Assembly (NCBI GenBank): GCA_964016885.1
Contig: OZ024740.1
Span: 101,308,001-101,372,000, forward strand
DNA length: 64,000 nucleotides
From: Eledone cirrhosa
Lineage: Eukaryota
Reading direction: 5' to 3'
Shown here: positions 51,434-64,000 of the stretch, piece after piece
Layout: each line of letters begins with the position of its first letter
Position numbering within the stretch: the stretch's first letter is position 1
Made by a program: the position numbers and the translations under genes
The notes under the pieces: generated by a model
What the model was told of the DNA's origin: nothing
What the model saw: only the letters and a program-made list of their open reading frames with translations
Database searches by the model: none

Positions 51434-52576
51434 ATCATCATCATCATCATCACCGTTTTACGTCCGTTCTTCCACGCTAGCATGGGTTAGACGGGTTGTC
51501 CTGTTGTGGGCAGTGTCTGGTCGGCTGACCATGCCTTGCTCATACAGGAACTGATCTGGCTTGATTTCTACAGCTGGATGCCCTTCCTAACACCAACCTC
51601 ATTTACAGTGAGTGCTGGGTGCTTTTTCGTGGCGCCTACACGTCCACTTTACAGTGTGGGCTGGGTGCTTTTTTGCCGTGGCACCTCCACGACCACCTTG
51701 CGGTGGGGGGGGGGGGCATATTGTTTATATGCTTCAGCATGTACCCATGGGAGGTCGGGTACCCTGTATTACTGCGTGACGCCAGAAGTCACGGTCGTGT
51801 GTCATTGACTTTGAGAGGTGTAGTTGGGTAAGGTCGGCTTTTATCACCTCATCCCAAGTCATCTTGGGTCTCCCCACTCCGCGGTTTCCATCAACTTCTA
51901 GTGCTCTGCACCTTTTTATGCAGCTGTCATCCTTCATACGCATCACATGTCCATACCAGCGTAACCGCCTCTCCTGCACGCAGCATTTGATTCCTCTTAT
52001 GCTCAGTCTCTCTCTCAATTCATTTATGCTTTGTCGTTCACGTATATTACTGTTACACATCCATCGGAGCATGCAGGCTTCGTTTCTCTCTAATCTACGT
52101 AAGTCTTCCACCTTCAGCGCCCAGGTCTCACTACCATGCAACATCGCTGTTCGGATACACGCATCATACAGTCTGCCTTTCATTCTGAGGGAGAAGCCTT
52201 TTGCAGCTAGCAGTGGTAGTAGTTCCCTAAACTTCTTCCATCCCGTTCTTACCCTAGTTATTGTACTTTCTGAGCACCCACCTCCGTTGCTAATTCGGTC
52301 ACCTAGGTAGCAGAAGCTGTCTACTGTTTCTACAGGGCCCTCCCAGAGATTGGTGGTACTTGTTTCCTGTGGCTGTTTGCTTGCTGTTTCAGCACAGCTG
52401 CTGCATGTGAATCCTACATTCTTAATTAAGCTTCCTGAGATCCCGCTACATCTCTTGTGTACCCATTGTTTGCATTTGGGGCAAAGAATGGAGTTCCTAC
52501 CTACACCTTTCCTACATACTGAGCAAGGCCATTTCCCTGAGGGGATCTGGGTTCTGTTTTCTCGTCTACTTATAAG
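51434..52576 (-). mobile_element. RTE family 1 copy, 5'-truncated
   Basis: Essentially identical to 1000-2151 except poly-G length. Confidence 0.95.
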
Positions 52577-52644
52577 ATATATATATCATCATCGTTTAAT
52601 GGGTGTTAAACGATGATGATATGCGTATATATATATATATATAT

Positions 52645-54470
52645 ATCATCATCATCATTATTGCTTAACATCCATTTTCCGCGCTAGCTTTGGGAGGGCG
52701 TGCTGTACCATTGTGAGACATCCAGGTCAGAAGACCGTGTTTTACTCACACAACTGATTTTGGCTTGGATTCTACAGCTGGATGCCCTTACTAATGCCAA
52801 CCACACATACAGTATGTACTGGGTACATTTTGTTGTGACGCATCCACTTTACAGTGTGGACTGGGTGATTTTATCGTAACTCGTTCATGACCGCTTTAGT
52901 GTTACCAGTATGGTCTTTGTCATGACACCTACACTATAGACAGGGTACGTTTTGTTGTTGCTTCAAAATTGCCACTTTATGGTGTGGAATGGGGACTTTG
53001 GTGTGATAGATGCATGGAAAATTTGGGAGGTAGATATTGGGGTGGGGTGATTAAAGGGAGGGGTGATGGGAGGGAAGGTGGTGCATATTAGATGTATGCC
53101 TCAGTATATGGGATGGTGGGTCTTCTGTATTACTGCATAGTGCAACACTTTTGTGAGGTGTAATTGTGCAAATCTTCCTAGGCCTGCCCATTTCATGGCT
53201 TCTATCAACTTTGAGCATTCTGCACCTTTTTCTACAGCTGTCATCCTTCATTACTTGCCCATGCCAACATAATTTGCTCCCCTGCACATTGCATCTGATC
53301 CCTCTTATACCTAATTTATGATTTGCTGTTCCCATATATTATGATTGCACATCCATTGAAGTATGGATGCTTCATTTCTTTCCAATCTCCACAGGTCCTC
53401 TGCACACTGTATGCATCATACAGTCTGCTTTTCATTTTGAGGAAAAACCTTTTGTAGTTAGCAGCGGTAGTAATTCCCTGAACTTTCTTCTACTCATTCT
53501 CACACTGGCTACTGTGCTTTCAGAATAGTCTCTTCCACTGCTAATTTACAGTGTGGACTGGGTGCTTTTTGTCATGTCACCAACATGGCCACTTTACAGA
53601 ATGGGCTGTGTGCTAATTTTGTCACCCAGGTAACAGAAACTATCTACTACTTCTACAGAGCTCTCTGGGCATTTGAAGGAGTTTGTATCTGGAGAGCTCT
53701 TGCTACTTACTGCCCATGTTCACTGGCTGCATTTAAAACCTACATTCTTTGCTAGCCTTCCTGAGGTCCCTCTACATCTCTTGTGTACCCATAGTTTGCA
53801 TTTGGAACAGATCAAATTTGTACCCACCCCTTTTTTACACACTAAGCAGGACCTTTTCCCAGTAAGGATCATAACCTTGTTTTCCTTACTACTTTCTAGA
53901 ACTTTAAAATATTTTGATTTGAGGTCAAGCAATTTTTCTCTTGTTCTGCCATAGTTTGTTATGAGAGTAAGATCATCAGCATACAGAAATTTACTAGGTC
54001 ATCCTGCTTCAAACTCTTCTGTTATAGTGTGGAGGATGATAATAAGCAAGAGAGGGCTCATGACAGAGCCCTGTTGGAACCCAACATACACACTAAACTC
54101 TTCACCATAGTCATTATCAACTTTAATCTTGCTGACTGCATCTCTGCACAACCTTCACAAGCCACTTGTTTACCCCTAGTTTCCTAAATGCCCACCAAAT
54201 TACAGAATGGGGGACCCTGTCGAAAGCTTTCTCCTCGTTAACAAATGCCAAGTAGAGGGGTTTACTTTTTGCCAGGAACTTCTCCTGCAGTTACCTCACA
54301 CGGAAGAGGGCATTTGTGGTTCTTTTACCTGGCACAAATCTGAACTCCATTTCATCTAAGTTAATTTGATATCTAATCAGTTGTAAAATGACTCTTTCTG
54401 TAACTTTCACCACCTGGTCCATCAATTTGATGCTTCGGTTGTTTCCACTGTCTAGTGCATCACCTTTGCT
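52645..54470 (-). pseudogene. Older degraded RTE copy (RT, PHD finger, 3'UTR)
   Basis: CLVCKKGVGTNLICSKCKLWVHKRC; YADD and EKAFDRV remnants; (CAT)n tail; many lesions. Confidence 0.85.
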
Positions 54471-56294
54471 CTTTCATTTTTATGAAATCATCATGCAGAT
54501 GAAACAGTTTCAGTCCTGTAGAAGTCAGTCCTATATAAAATGAAGATACATATTTGTGTGTGTAAATATGTATGTGTGTTTGTTTGTGTGTGTGTGTTAA
54601 GGCATACTAATGTGATAATGAAATTTGCTTCACAAATACTTGGTTTCAGATTTAATCCAACTGCGTGGCACCTTAGGTAACTCTCTTCTATTCTAATCTC
54701 AGATTGACCTATGCCTTGTAAATGAAATTTGGGTGATGGAAATTGAGCAGACACCACATTCGTGTGTGTGTGTTTATATTTACTGGTGTGGCAAATTGCG
54801 TCTCTTTATGTCAAAAAGTTAATGCAGCTGTTTGATAGAGATCAATATAATATATAACAGACTGAAATAAATTTTGCAAGGTCGATATGATTGATTGAAA
54901 ATCATTGCAAACAGTACCCAAGCATGACTGCAGTGCAATGACTGAAACCAGTAAAAGAATGGATTTACTATATGTAGATGTGTATCATCTTGTTCACAGT
55001 TCAAATCTAGGTGAACTCAAATTTAGTTGTTATTATTTTTCATTTTTCATATAGTACACTCTATACAATGTATATTCTGTGAAGTGTTTTGCATCAAGAA
55101 GGGCATCCAGCTATAGAAACCATACTAAAACTGGAATGTATGGAAGTAAAACATGACCCCCTCCAACCCATCTAAAAGGACAGTAGCTCTGATTAAATAA
55201 CATGGTCTGTAGTGACACATGCAACCCATGTCAGCATGGAAAGGCAGATTTAAAATGATGATGATATATAAATTGCAGAGTCAATATGATTGATTAAATA
55301 CCATTTCAGGCAGTACCCAAGTATGACTGTGACCAGTAAAGAAAAATTTACTATATGTAGATGTGTATCTCCTTGTTCTCACATCAAGTCCTGAACTATT
55401 TTTTATGTTAAGTTGCATTCTATTTGGGAATTGATAAGTACCAGTACATAGTTAAAATTAATTCAATATTAAACTGATGAGAGAGTAGATTATATAATGC
55501 CTACATATGAAGTGTAATACTGCATGGAAGTGAGACATGTACATTGAACACAGAGGATGTGTAATAGTCAGGAAGAAATGAGACTAGTGTGCATACATAA
55601 TGAAGCAGAGATGAACTTAAGGAAAATCAGATAAGGGGAATCAGATTTAGTGTGTAAGGAAAAAGATTGTACTGGTATGGATATGTGTTGGACATGAATC
55701 ATGCAGTCTAAATAGAAGTTAACTGTGGAAGAGGATGACCAAGGAAGATCTGGGCAGAAATGAAAAGAACTGATCTTCAAATGCTGAACCTCATGGAGGA
55801 GATGATGAAAGAACATTACATGTGGAAAAGAAGACCTATCCAATCCATTACAAACATGGAAAAGTGGGTGTAAAAATCGTGATGATGATAATTCCCTTTA
55901 TGTAAACAAATAACATACTTTATGCCTTACCAAAAGCAATGTGTATCAATTAGAAAATCTTTACAAGATGTGCTCCAAACTGTTTAGTCTGCAATGTAAA
56001 AAATGTTGAAATTTCCATCTATCGAATACATAATATATTAATTATTCAAAAGAATAAAATCATTTTAAAATCAATTTTATTTGATGTAATAACAAGTTAT
56101 ATGGTATTTCTTCATTGGCTAGTTAATGTTCTCATCATTTTTATTTTATTTTGTTCCAACTACACTACTTAATACCTCCAGGTCTATTTAGTTTAACAGA
56201 CTGGCTGTTTCCACTCATCTTTAATTTTATTTCAATAATGTTGGCTCCAGGTGATGCAACAGAAAATAACAATTCAAATGATAACGATAGCAGG

Positions 56295-56480
56295 AATAAT
56301 AATAATAATGATGTTAAAGATGATAATGATGTTGATGATGATAATGATGTTGATGATGATAATGATGTTGATGTTGATAATGATGTTGATAGTGATAATG
56401 ATGTTGATAGGGATAATGATGTTGATGGTGATGGTGATAATGATGGTGATGGTGATGACATTGATGATAATAATGATAAT
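56295..56480. repeat. 18-bp (GATGTTGATGATGATAAT)-type low-complexity tandem repeat
   Basis: Directly visible. Confidence 0.85.
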
Positions 56481-57059
56481 AAAAATTTAGTTGTAATATG
56501 GGGGAGGGATGAGTAATAGTAAGAGGAACAATGATGCTATTTTTTTCTTTTTTGCCATCAGGGGTACAAAGAATAGAAACAACAATATTGTTTTTTCTTT
56601 AGTGTTCACAATGACACAGACAACAACAATAAGAATGATGATGATTGATTGATTTCTTCAATTGCCACAGTCATTAAACAATTGCAATAGCAATACTACT
56701 ATTAATAATGGTTTTTAATTTAGGCACAAAGCCAACGATTTTGGTGGGAGGGAAAGTTGATAAAATTACTTCAGTACTTGACTGGTACTTTATTTTATTG
56801 AACCCAATAGGAGGAAAAGTGAAGTTTATCTCAGAAGGATTCAAACTTAAAATATAAAAAGCCACAACCAAATACCTGAAAATATTATGTCAGACACTGT
56901 AACAAATTTGTTAGAATGATAATAAAAGCCAACGATTTTGGAGAGGGGGAAAAGTCAATTAAATCAACACCAGTGCATTACTGGTACTTTATTTGATCAA
57001 CTCTGTAAGGATGAAAGGCAAATTGGTGATCATCCTGATCACAAGGGAAAATTCCCCCT

Positions 57060-60000
57060 CCTAGGTTTACTCCTCCAACCTACAGGTGCATACTCAGAGC
57101 AAGCCCATTCACTGACTCCATGCTCACCACTCCCACTCACCTTCAACAACTTCCCTCTCCACCCTAATTTTCCTCTTCAAGTGAATCTTGAAAAAGTTAA
57201 TCAGGGTTCACCAAAGAGGAAAATGTCTATCTTCAAACCCTTTCAGATCATCACATGACATCTTTAACCATGGCCTCCAGGCAGATAAAAACTGTATGCT
57301 CTTCACAGCTAAAGAAAGGGAGTGGGGCAATCTTCAAGATGAACTCAACTGATAGCTGTATGCATCCTACATGTGATTGCAGGGATTCGTCATAAACTCA
57401 CAAATCAACAATACTTGAACACTTGCAGCATGCATGCAGGATGGTTTCATTGTCATCCATGCATCTCGGACAGGTCCAGCTGATGGCACTTCCATGCCTG
57501 TAGAGTTCATCTGGAACTGGCAATGATTCCTGGTAGGACTGCCAGGAAGTTATCAATGGGGTCTGGACTGAAAGTTCTCCAGAAAAGAGTGACTAGTTGA
57601 TTATCATCAATGATAAAAGTCTTTTTACCCACCACTAACTCTCTATAGAAGACCAAAGTGGAGTTTCCACTGATCATACTGATTAATTGGCAATGGTCTG
57701 TGAATGCTTAAAGACATTCCAGTCTCAAAGCATTCCTTTTCAGTCTTCACTTGAACAAGGACTGCAATTTCATCCATGAGATGAGCTGGGGAGAAATGTG
57801 TTTAGTGAATGGTGGCCACACCTGTTCACTGTCAAAGAAAATTTGAAGATGATGTAGCCTCAGCATGTATTTGCACATCATCAGCCATGGTGTGCCTAGT
57901 CCCACATGCAGTGCATATTGTCAGCAAATGGATGACCTCACCAGTGAAACCTGTCCCTTTTACAAAAAGTGAAAGAGTAAATGCTCCAGTGCTGTCAGAC
58001 ATGGAACAGGACAAAGCACAACAGTGAAAGATAGATGGGATGTATGCATTCAGCACATCTGACCAACCTTTCAGGGATAGCTTCCTCTCTGCCCATTTCT
58101 GGGTGAGTGAGGCCACCCTACTTCTTACCCTATCCCAGATTTTGTCCATCTAGAGGTATTGACCAAATCAAACCCTGAGCAATTTCACTGGTCTATCCGT
58201 GCAACACCTAATGATGCTGTTGATTGGTATGGACCTGCCTTTCCAGGTGCTGCACTGAAAGCCCACTGACTTTTTCTGGTTAACTTTTGCTCCTGTTAAT
58301 ACCTTGTACTCCCTGAGAGTGGTGCCAATCATCTCAATGTATTTTGTTTTTGACACCCCTATGGTGATGTCCCAGATCCTACTTTATATAGGTTTCTCCT
58401 CAATATTTCCAATTTGTGTAATAATGGCTTGAGAATCAATACATACAAAATAGATGAGATGAGACAACTTTGGCAGACCGAGCACAAGATGTTGAATGAT
58501 TCCCAAAAGTAGCTGTTCACTCTAACAACAGAGCAGATATCACTGCAGTGATTCAGCCCCTGAAGACAAGTCCAAAGCCAGCTGCCTTAAGACTGCCATT
58601 AGGTAGTGATAGTCAATGCAATTGAAAGCTTTTGATTGATCTAAATTGATCATAGCCCCACCTTGCTTGGTTCCTTAACCACTCTTTCTATGGAGTATCA
58701 CATGAGATGCAAGTCGTCAAGGATGGTTCTGTTTGAGATTACACATGATTATGCTGCCCCTAAAATACCACAGATGACAGGCACCAATCTTTGCTAACAT
58801 CTAGGCCAAATTTTTAAACTCAGCATTTAGCAAGGATTTTGGCCTGAAATTATCAATATTGTTTCTATGACCAGTTGCAGTAATCATCTGCCAAGATGTC
58901 ATCAACAAGTCTGACATTGAAGTGCAAAGCTTATAGTGCAGACCATCCAAACCAGGTAACTTATTCTCATGCAGTTAGTTATTACCACCCATATTTAAGT
59001 GACTGTTATCACTTTTTTGCAGCTTTCTAGCTTTGTGGATGAGAGCTAAAGCAGGTCGTTAAGGAAGGCACTGAAGTTCATCTTTTGACCTGGCCCACCA
59101 TTGCTACCAAACTATCTATGTCCAACTGTATGATGTTGGGGAGAGCATGTCTTCCATGGATGTTGATGATGGTGGTGATGATGGTATTCCTGCTGTCACT
59201 GTTTTTGTTGTTGATGCTGCTGCTGTGTGGCATACTACTTTTGCTGCTACTTTTGTTGAGGCTGCAGTGTTAGTAGTAGTAGTGGCCACTTGACTTCTAT
59301 TTTTGTGGGGGAAGATGGCTCTTTGGTGGCTTGTGGCTGCATGCAGTTGGCATTTTAGTTTTTTGCTTTAGATGATTATTCTTTGCCCTACCCTGTTGGG
59401 CAGCTGTATTAGGTCTCTGCTATTTTCTGTCAATTCTTACTTCACCTGAAGCAGAAACTCCAGGTTTATCTCAGCCCAATTGTGTCTTTTGTTGCATTTG
59501 ACCTTGAGAAGTGTGTCAAGGTCACCAAGGACAATGAAGACCAAAATCCATCCTATGTTTAGGCCTGGCAGAACACCCAGTATGCTCAGACTGACAGTTC
59601 TCTTTGAAAGTTACATAGATATAAGACGAACTCCCCACTAGAACGTTTAACCACCAAATGTTTTCAGGTGATTTTCTCACTTTTGAAGAAGACTTCAATG
59701 CTGGCAAAGTGTCTTGTTGTTTGTATGTGGGCCACATTTGCCATTGCATCTTTTAAAGCCTTCTCCATTTGAATAACTGTAATAGGTTTAGTGTGCTGGG
59801 TCTGTAGGAATGTACTTCAATAGACGACCAATTTTTGGCCCCTTCTGCCATTATTTCAGGTGGCACCATTACCACTGCCTTCCCACCTTCAAATATTATG
59901 ATCTCTTTTGGATATAGCCAATTTCGTGTCTTGTTTTCTAGTTTTAATGGAAGCACTTCTTTTTGATTTGTACTTGCAATGTTTGAAAAAGTGTGTTGTT

Positions 60001-60270
60001 GGTGTTGTTAATTTTTTTCATTGGTTTTATTGTTATTGCTGCTGCTGTTGCTTTTTACCACTTCTGTTGTTGATACTGGTGTTCGTGTTGCTGATAGTGG
60101 CTGTGGTATTGATACTAGTGTTGTTTTTTTGCATGTTAGTTTTATTGTGTTTTTTTTTCTGGTGAATATGATGGCAGGGTCAAATTTTGAAAAGAGGGAA
60201 GTTAGCTTCAAACTTTTCTCATGCAGAGTTGTTGTTGTTGTTGCTGCTGTTGCTAACCTTTGTAGGATTT
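57060..60270 (-). pseudogene. Degraded Tx1/L1-like LINE, same family as 35240-38225
   Basis: NLDQSKAFN remnant at ~58625-58650; W-ERKLSLKG motif; 59830-60250 is homologous to 35320-35735. Confidence 0.7.
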
Positions 60271-62802
60271 GAACACAGAATGTAAAGCACAATAATTATA
60301 TCACATTAAATATCAATGTCTTTACTCAAATACTGTAAATTTTCGCAATGATTTGTCCACTAGTAAAGATACTATAAACATTCGAATTAACAAACCCATT
60401 TAAAAATATTTACTGCTAAATTTTTACAGGATATTTAAGAGCTAATTATTCCTATTGAAGTGGAAATCATTATCCACAGCATCATTAGCAGCAACAATCA
60501 AAATCACTACTACCCAAGGACACCATCACTACCACCACCATTAACAAAAATTAACATCAATAATAAACATAATATGATAACTACTGAAATGAATAGATCA
60601 CAATATATAGACAATACTGGAGATTTGTTTCATTCAGATCAATAATGATTCTTTAGTTCTTTTTAGCTTATCTTGGCCATCGCAAACATGAACTTGCTGG
60701 AATATTATCTCTATAGGGAAAATATATATTTTCTAAACTTTTCTGAATAAATAATTATATAAAATAAATAATAATGATAATAAGGATAATGATAATGTTA
60801 ATAAAGATAATCATAATAATGAATAATGATATCACCAAATGAAATTCAAAAGGTGTGATAAATTTGTTAGAATGTTTAATTTCAAAATGATAGTTATTAA
60901 AAATAAATCAGAAGAAACATTTTTTTTAAATATAGAAAGGCATCGATGCGATAGAAATCAGAGAACGGATAATAATTAAATGATTCTGCACTTGATTCTA
61001 GAAGTGAAATTATTATTGTCATTATTATTCGTATTATTATTGTTGTTGTTATCATTGTTATTATTATTAAATCTGGTACATATGATTTTTTTTCCTCATT
61101 CAGTTTTCATGAGTCGTTGGAGCACAAAGCAATGTAAGCTCATTAATTTCTCAAAAGGATTGATATGAATATGGACATTAAGCTCATTATTCTCAAAAAC
61201 CACCTCTGAAATCTTGATGGCTCCAATTAATTAGGTCAGCTGTAACTTCTGCTATCAAAGAGAAAATAACTCTTGTTCTATATTCTGGTTTTTGTCATTT
61301 TTATTTTAGTGTTTTATTTTTTGTTTTCTTTTGTTTTCATTTTTGTTAGGGTTGTCATTGTATAACTCTGGGCAGCTAAGCAGAGAAAAGACTATAAATC
61401 TCTATAAGACAATTATGTGGTGAATTGGCTGAGATGTTAGAGCATTGGATAAAATTACCTTGGGCTATTTGTTTTGTTTCTCTACACTCAGACTTCAAAT
61501 CCTCCTCAGGTCAACTTTTGAAGTCAGTACAATAAAGCACCAGTCCAGGGTAGGAAATTTGTGGAAATGTTAGAGCATTGGATGAGATGCCTTGCAATAT
61601 TTCTTCTTGTGCTTTACATTTTAAAGATGGATTTTAGACATAAAATATCTCGGATTATATAATCTAATGTGTCAATGTTTTTTTTCTACTTAAATATGAA
61701 ATGGTGGCATTTGGTGGGTATATTGTTGCTATTTCTAATAACTCCACATAGAAGCTTTTTTACTGAGAATAACCTGCTTGAAAGAACAGTCAAATCTTCT
61801 TCAAAATTTACTGTACCATTTTTAGAAAGGAAGTACTTATTGGCTAATGTGGTCCTATATAAAATAAAATATAAATGGATTTCTATTAGTTTTGATAATT
61901 AGCATTCTAGTTGTTTTGTCAATGGAATAATCTACAAATTGAATTATGTGTATGAGTATTCCATATAAACACATTCACTCTTAACATAATTCTCAGGGAG
62001 ATGCAGTATGACTCAGTGTGTCACAAGGCTGACATTTTGAATTACAGTTTAAACTAATTTTTATTAGCTTCTGATCAGTTTCTCTCTATCTAGTATCACT
62101 CACAATGCATGAATCAGCCTGAGATTATAGTAAAAGACACTTACCCAAGATACCCCACAGTGGATCAAACCCAGAATTTAATGATTAAAAACTGAACTAA
62201 TCATTTGGCCATGCTGTGTGCTATATAAACTATACCTAAAATAAGATGTGTTGATCATGGCTGTAATGTCATTGATCACAAGTCTGCCGACTCATGACTA
62301 AACAACAAAAAGAGCTACAACAACAATCTGCAATAGTTTGGAGTCTTAACCAGGGAGCAATTATTTTCTTTCATCTATGCAACATCATAAAGCCAGAGCT
62401 AATCACAAGTAGTCAATCAGCACTTAATATGTATTGATTTATTGTTAGTTATTAGTGCACATGTGTATGTATGAATGCACACCTATATTCAAACTTAGTT
62501 GCATATCTAAAGTTTGATATGTAAATGTATAGAAAGCTTGATATGTAGATATATCTAAAAATTTCTGTATGTAGATACAAAGTTTTATATGTACATATAC
62601 CCAAAATCATATATGTTGCTATATCCAAAAGTTTATATATATAGATACATAAAAAATTGTGTGTAGATTCTTACAAATCTTGATATGTCGATTTCAGAAA
62701 AGGTTCTTGGTTAGAAAAAGGATTATTTTTTTCGTTTGTAAAATATATATATATATATATACGATATTAAATAAATGGAAACTATATTTATAAAACCATA
62801 TT

Positions 62803-62868
62803 TATTTCATTATATATATTTCAGGGATATCATATTAACAATATGCTATGCCTTCCTCAGACAAAATA
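62803..62868 (-). ncRNA. Minimal type I hammerhead ribozyme
   Basis: Minus strand reads TATTTTGT-CTGAGGA-AGG..CATATT/AATATG..CCT-GAAA-TATATA-TA-ATGAAATA. Confidence 0.8.
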
Positions 62869-63022
62869 CAATATAGACAGTTTTATAGATAAATAGATTT
62901 GACATACCGTTCAACATCGACTTGTATTTGAAAAAAGTTGATTTGGCAGATCAACTTTTTCAAATACAAGTCGATGTTGAACGGTATGTCAAATCTATTT
63001 ATCTATAAAACTGTCTATATTG

Positions 63023-63088
63023 TATTTTGTCTGAGGAAGGCATAGCATATTGTTAATATGATATCCCTGAAATAGATATAATGAAATA
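63023..63088 (+). ncRNA. Minimal type I hammerhead ribozyme (mirror copy)
   Basis: CTGAGGA 63031-63037, GAAA 63069-63072, AUA site ending at 63080. Loop III has one substitution (AGAT). Confidence 0.75.
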
Positions 63089-63091
63089 AAT

Positions 63092-64000
63092 ATCATCATC
63101 ATCATCATCATCAACGTTTAACGTCCGTGTTCCACGCTTGCATGGGTTTGGACGGGGGTAGTCCCACTTGAGGCAAGAGGGATTGTCTTGCTCGCATAGG
63201 ACTGTCTGGCAGGTTTTCTACAGTTGGATGCCCTTCCTAACACCAACCACATTTACAGTGTGGGTCTGGGAGGTTTTTACCGTGTTGCCTACATGGCTAC
63301 ATTACAGCGTGGACTGTGTGTTTTTTTGTCGTGACACCTACACGATCTCATTTGTTTCGGCCTGGATGGCGCGGCACCAACATAACTTTACATAGAACGG
63401 GGTGGTGTGGATGGGGTGGGGGTGGTGGTGGGACGGGGTGTATTTTGTTAGAGATGCCTACTGGCTGGAGTAGGTTTTACTATATATTTAGGTAAGGCGG
63501 GTCTTCTCTGTTACTGAGTACCGCCAAAGGTCTCGGTCCAGTGACATTGTCTTGGAGAGGTGTAAGTGTGTGATGTCGGAGTTTATCAGCTCGTCCCAGG
63601 TTTTTCTAGGTCTGCCTATTCCGTGACTACCGTCTATCTTTATTGCCCTGCACTTTGTTATACAGCTATCGACTTTCATGCGCATCACGTGTCCATACCA
63701 ACGTAGCCTTCTCTCGAGTAAACAACATCTGATCCCTCTTATCTCTAATTTTTTCCTTAGTTCGTTTATGCTTTGCCGTTCAAGTATATTACTGTTACAC
63801 ATCCAGCGGAGCATGCAAGCTTCGTTCCTCTCTAGTCTGCGTATATCCTCTGCACACAATGCCCAGGTCTCACTGCCATGCAGCATTGCTGTTCGTATGC
63901 AGGCATCGTACAACCTGCCTTTCGTTTTTAGGGAGAACCCTTTAGCAGCTAATAGTGGTATAAGCTCTCTGAACTTTTTCCAACCAGTTCTGACTCTAGC
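63092..64000 (-). mobile_element. RTE family 2 copy (runs off the window)
   Basis: Nearly identical to 13198-14110; ORF 63488-63913. Confidence 0.92.

Larger units (their letters stand above)
62760..63093. mobile_element. Palindromic (foldback) hammerhead-bearing mini-element, right arm interrupted by an RTE insertion
   Basis: 62798-62942 and 62950-63093 are reverse complements (1 mismatch, 1 indel). The left end abuts (TA)n. Same family as 7700-7837. Confidence 0.8.

Noticed and set aside
55465-55525. CTGATGA motif as a hammerhead core
   Set aside because: No GAAA in register and no stem I or III.
56151-56516. Asp/Asn-rich 121-aa ORF
   Set aside because: Translation of a GAT/AAT low-complexity repeat.

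Overview
AT-rich animal genomic DNA, intergenic or intronic, made almost entirely of transposon insertions and interrupted (TA)n microsatellites. The repeat complement (RTE LINEs, tRNA-SINEs with RTE-like tails, Penelope-like elements) suggests a cephalopod such as Octopus, which is an inference. No host protein-coding gene can be supported. Main contents: two near-identical young RTE LINEs head-to-head plus further copies, all with a PHD finger inside the RT C-terminal region; a CsRn1-like Ty3/Gypsy provirus nested in a dead maT-like Tc1/mariner; a non-autonomous Helitron; relics of R4/Dong-like, Tx1/L1-like and Penelope-like elements; and many SINEs. Most notable observations: (i) short non-coding palindromic (foldback) elements next to (TA)n that carry a complete type I hammerhead ribozyme on each strand, from two unrelated families, plus a single-arm copy and variant or relic copies tied to Penelope-like remnants; (ii) a SINE whose target-site duplication encloses a ~160-bp snap-back copy of flanking host DNA; (iii) a Gypsy insertion with a 41-bp target duplication and a defective LTR end; (iv) a clean twin-priming 5' inversion in a non-L1 LINE. 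All coordinates and folds were read by eye.
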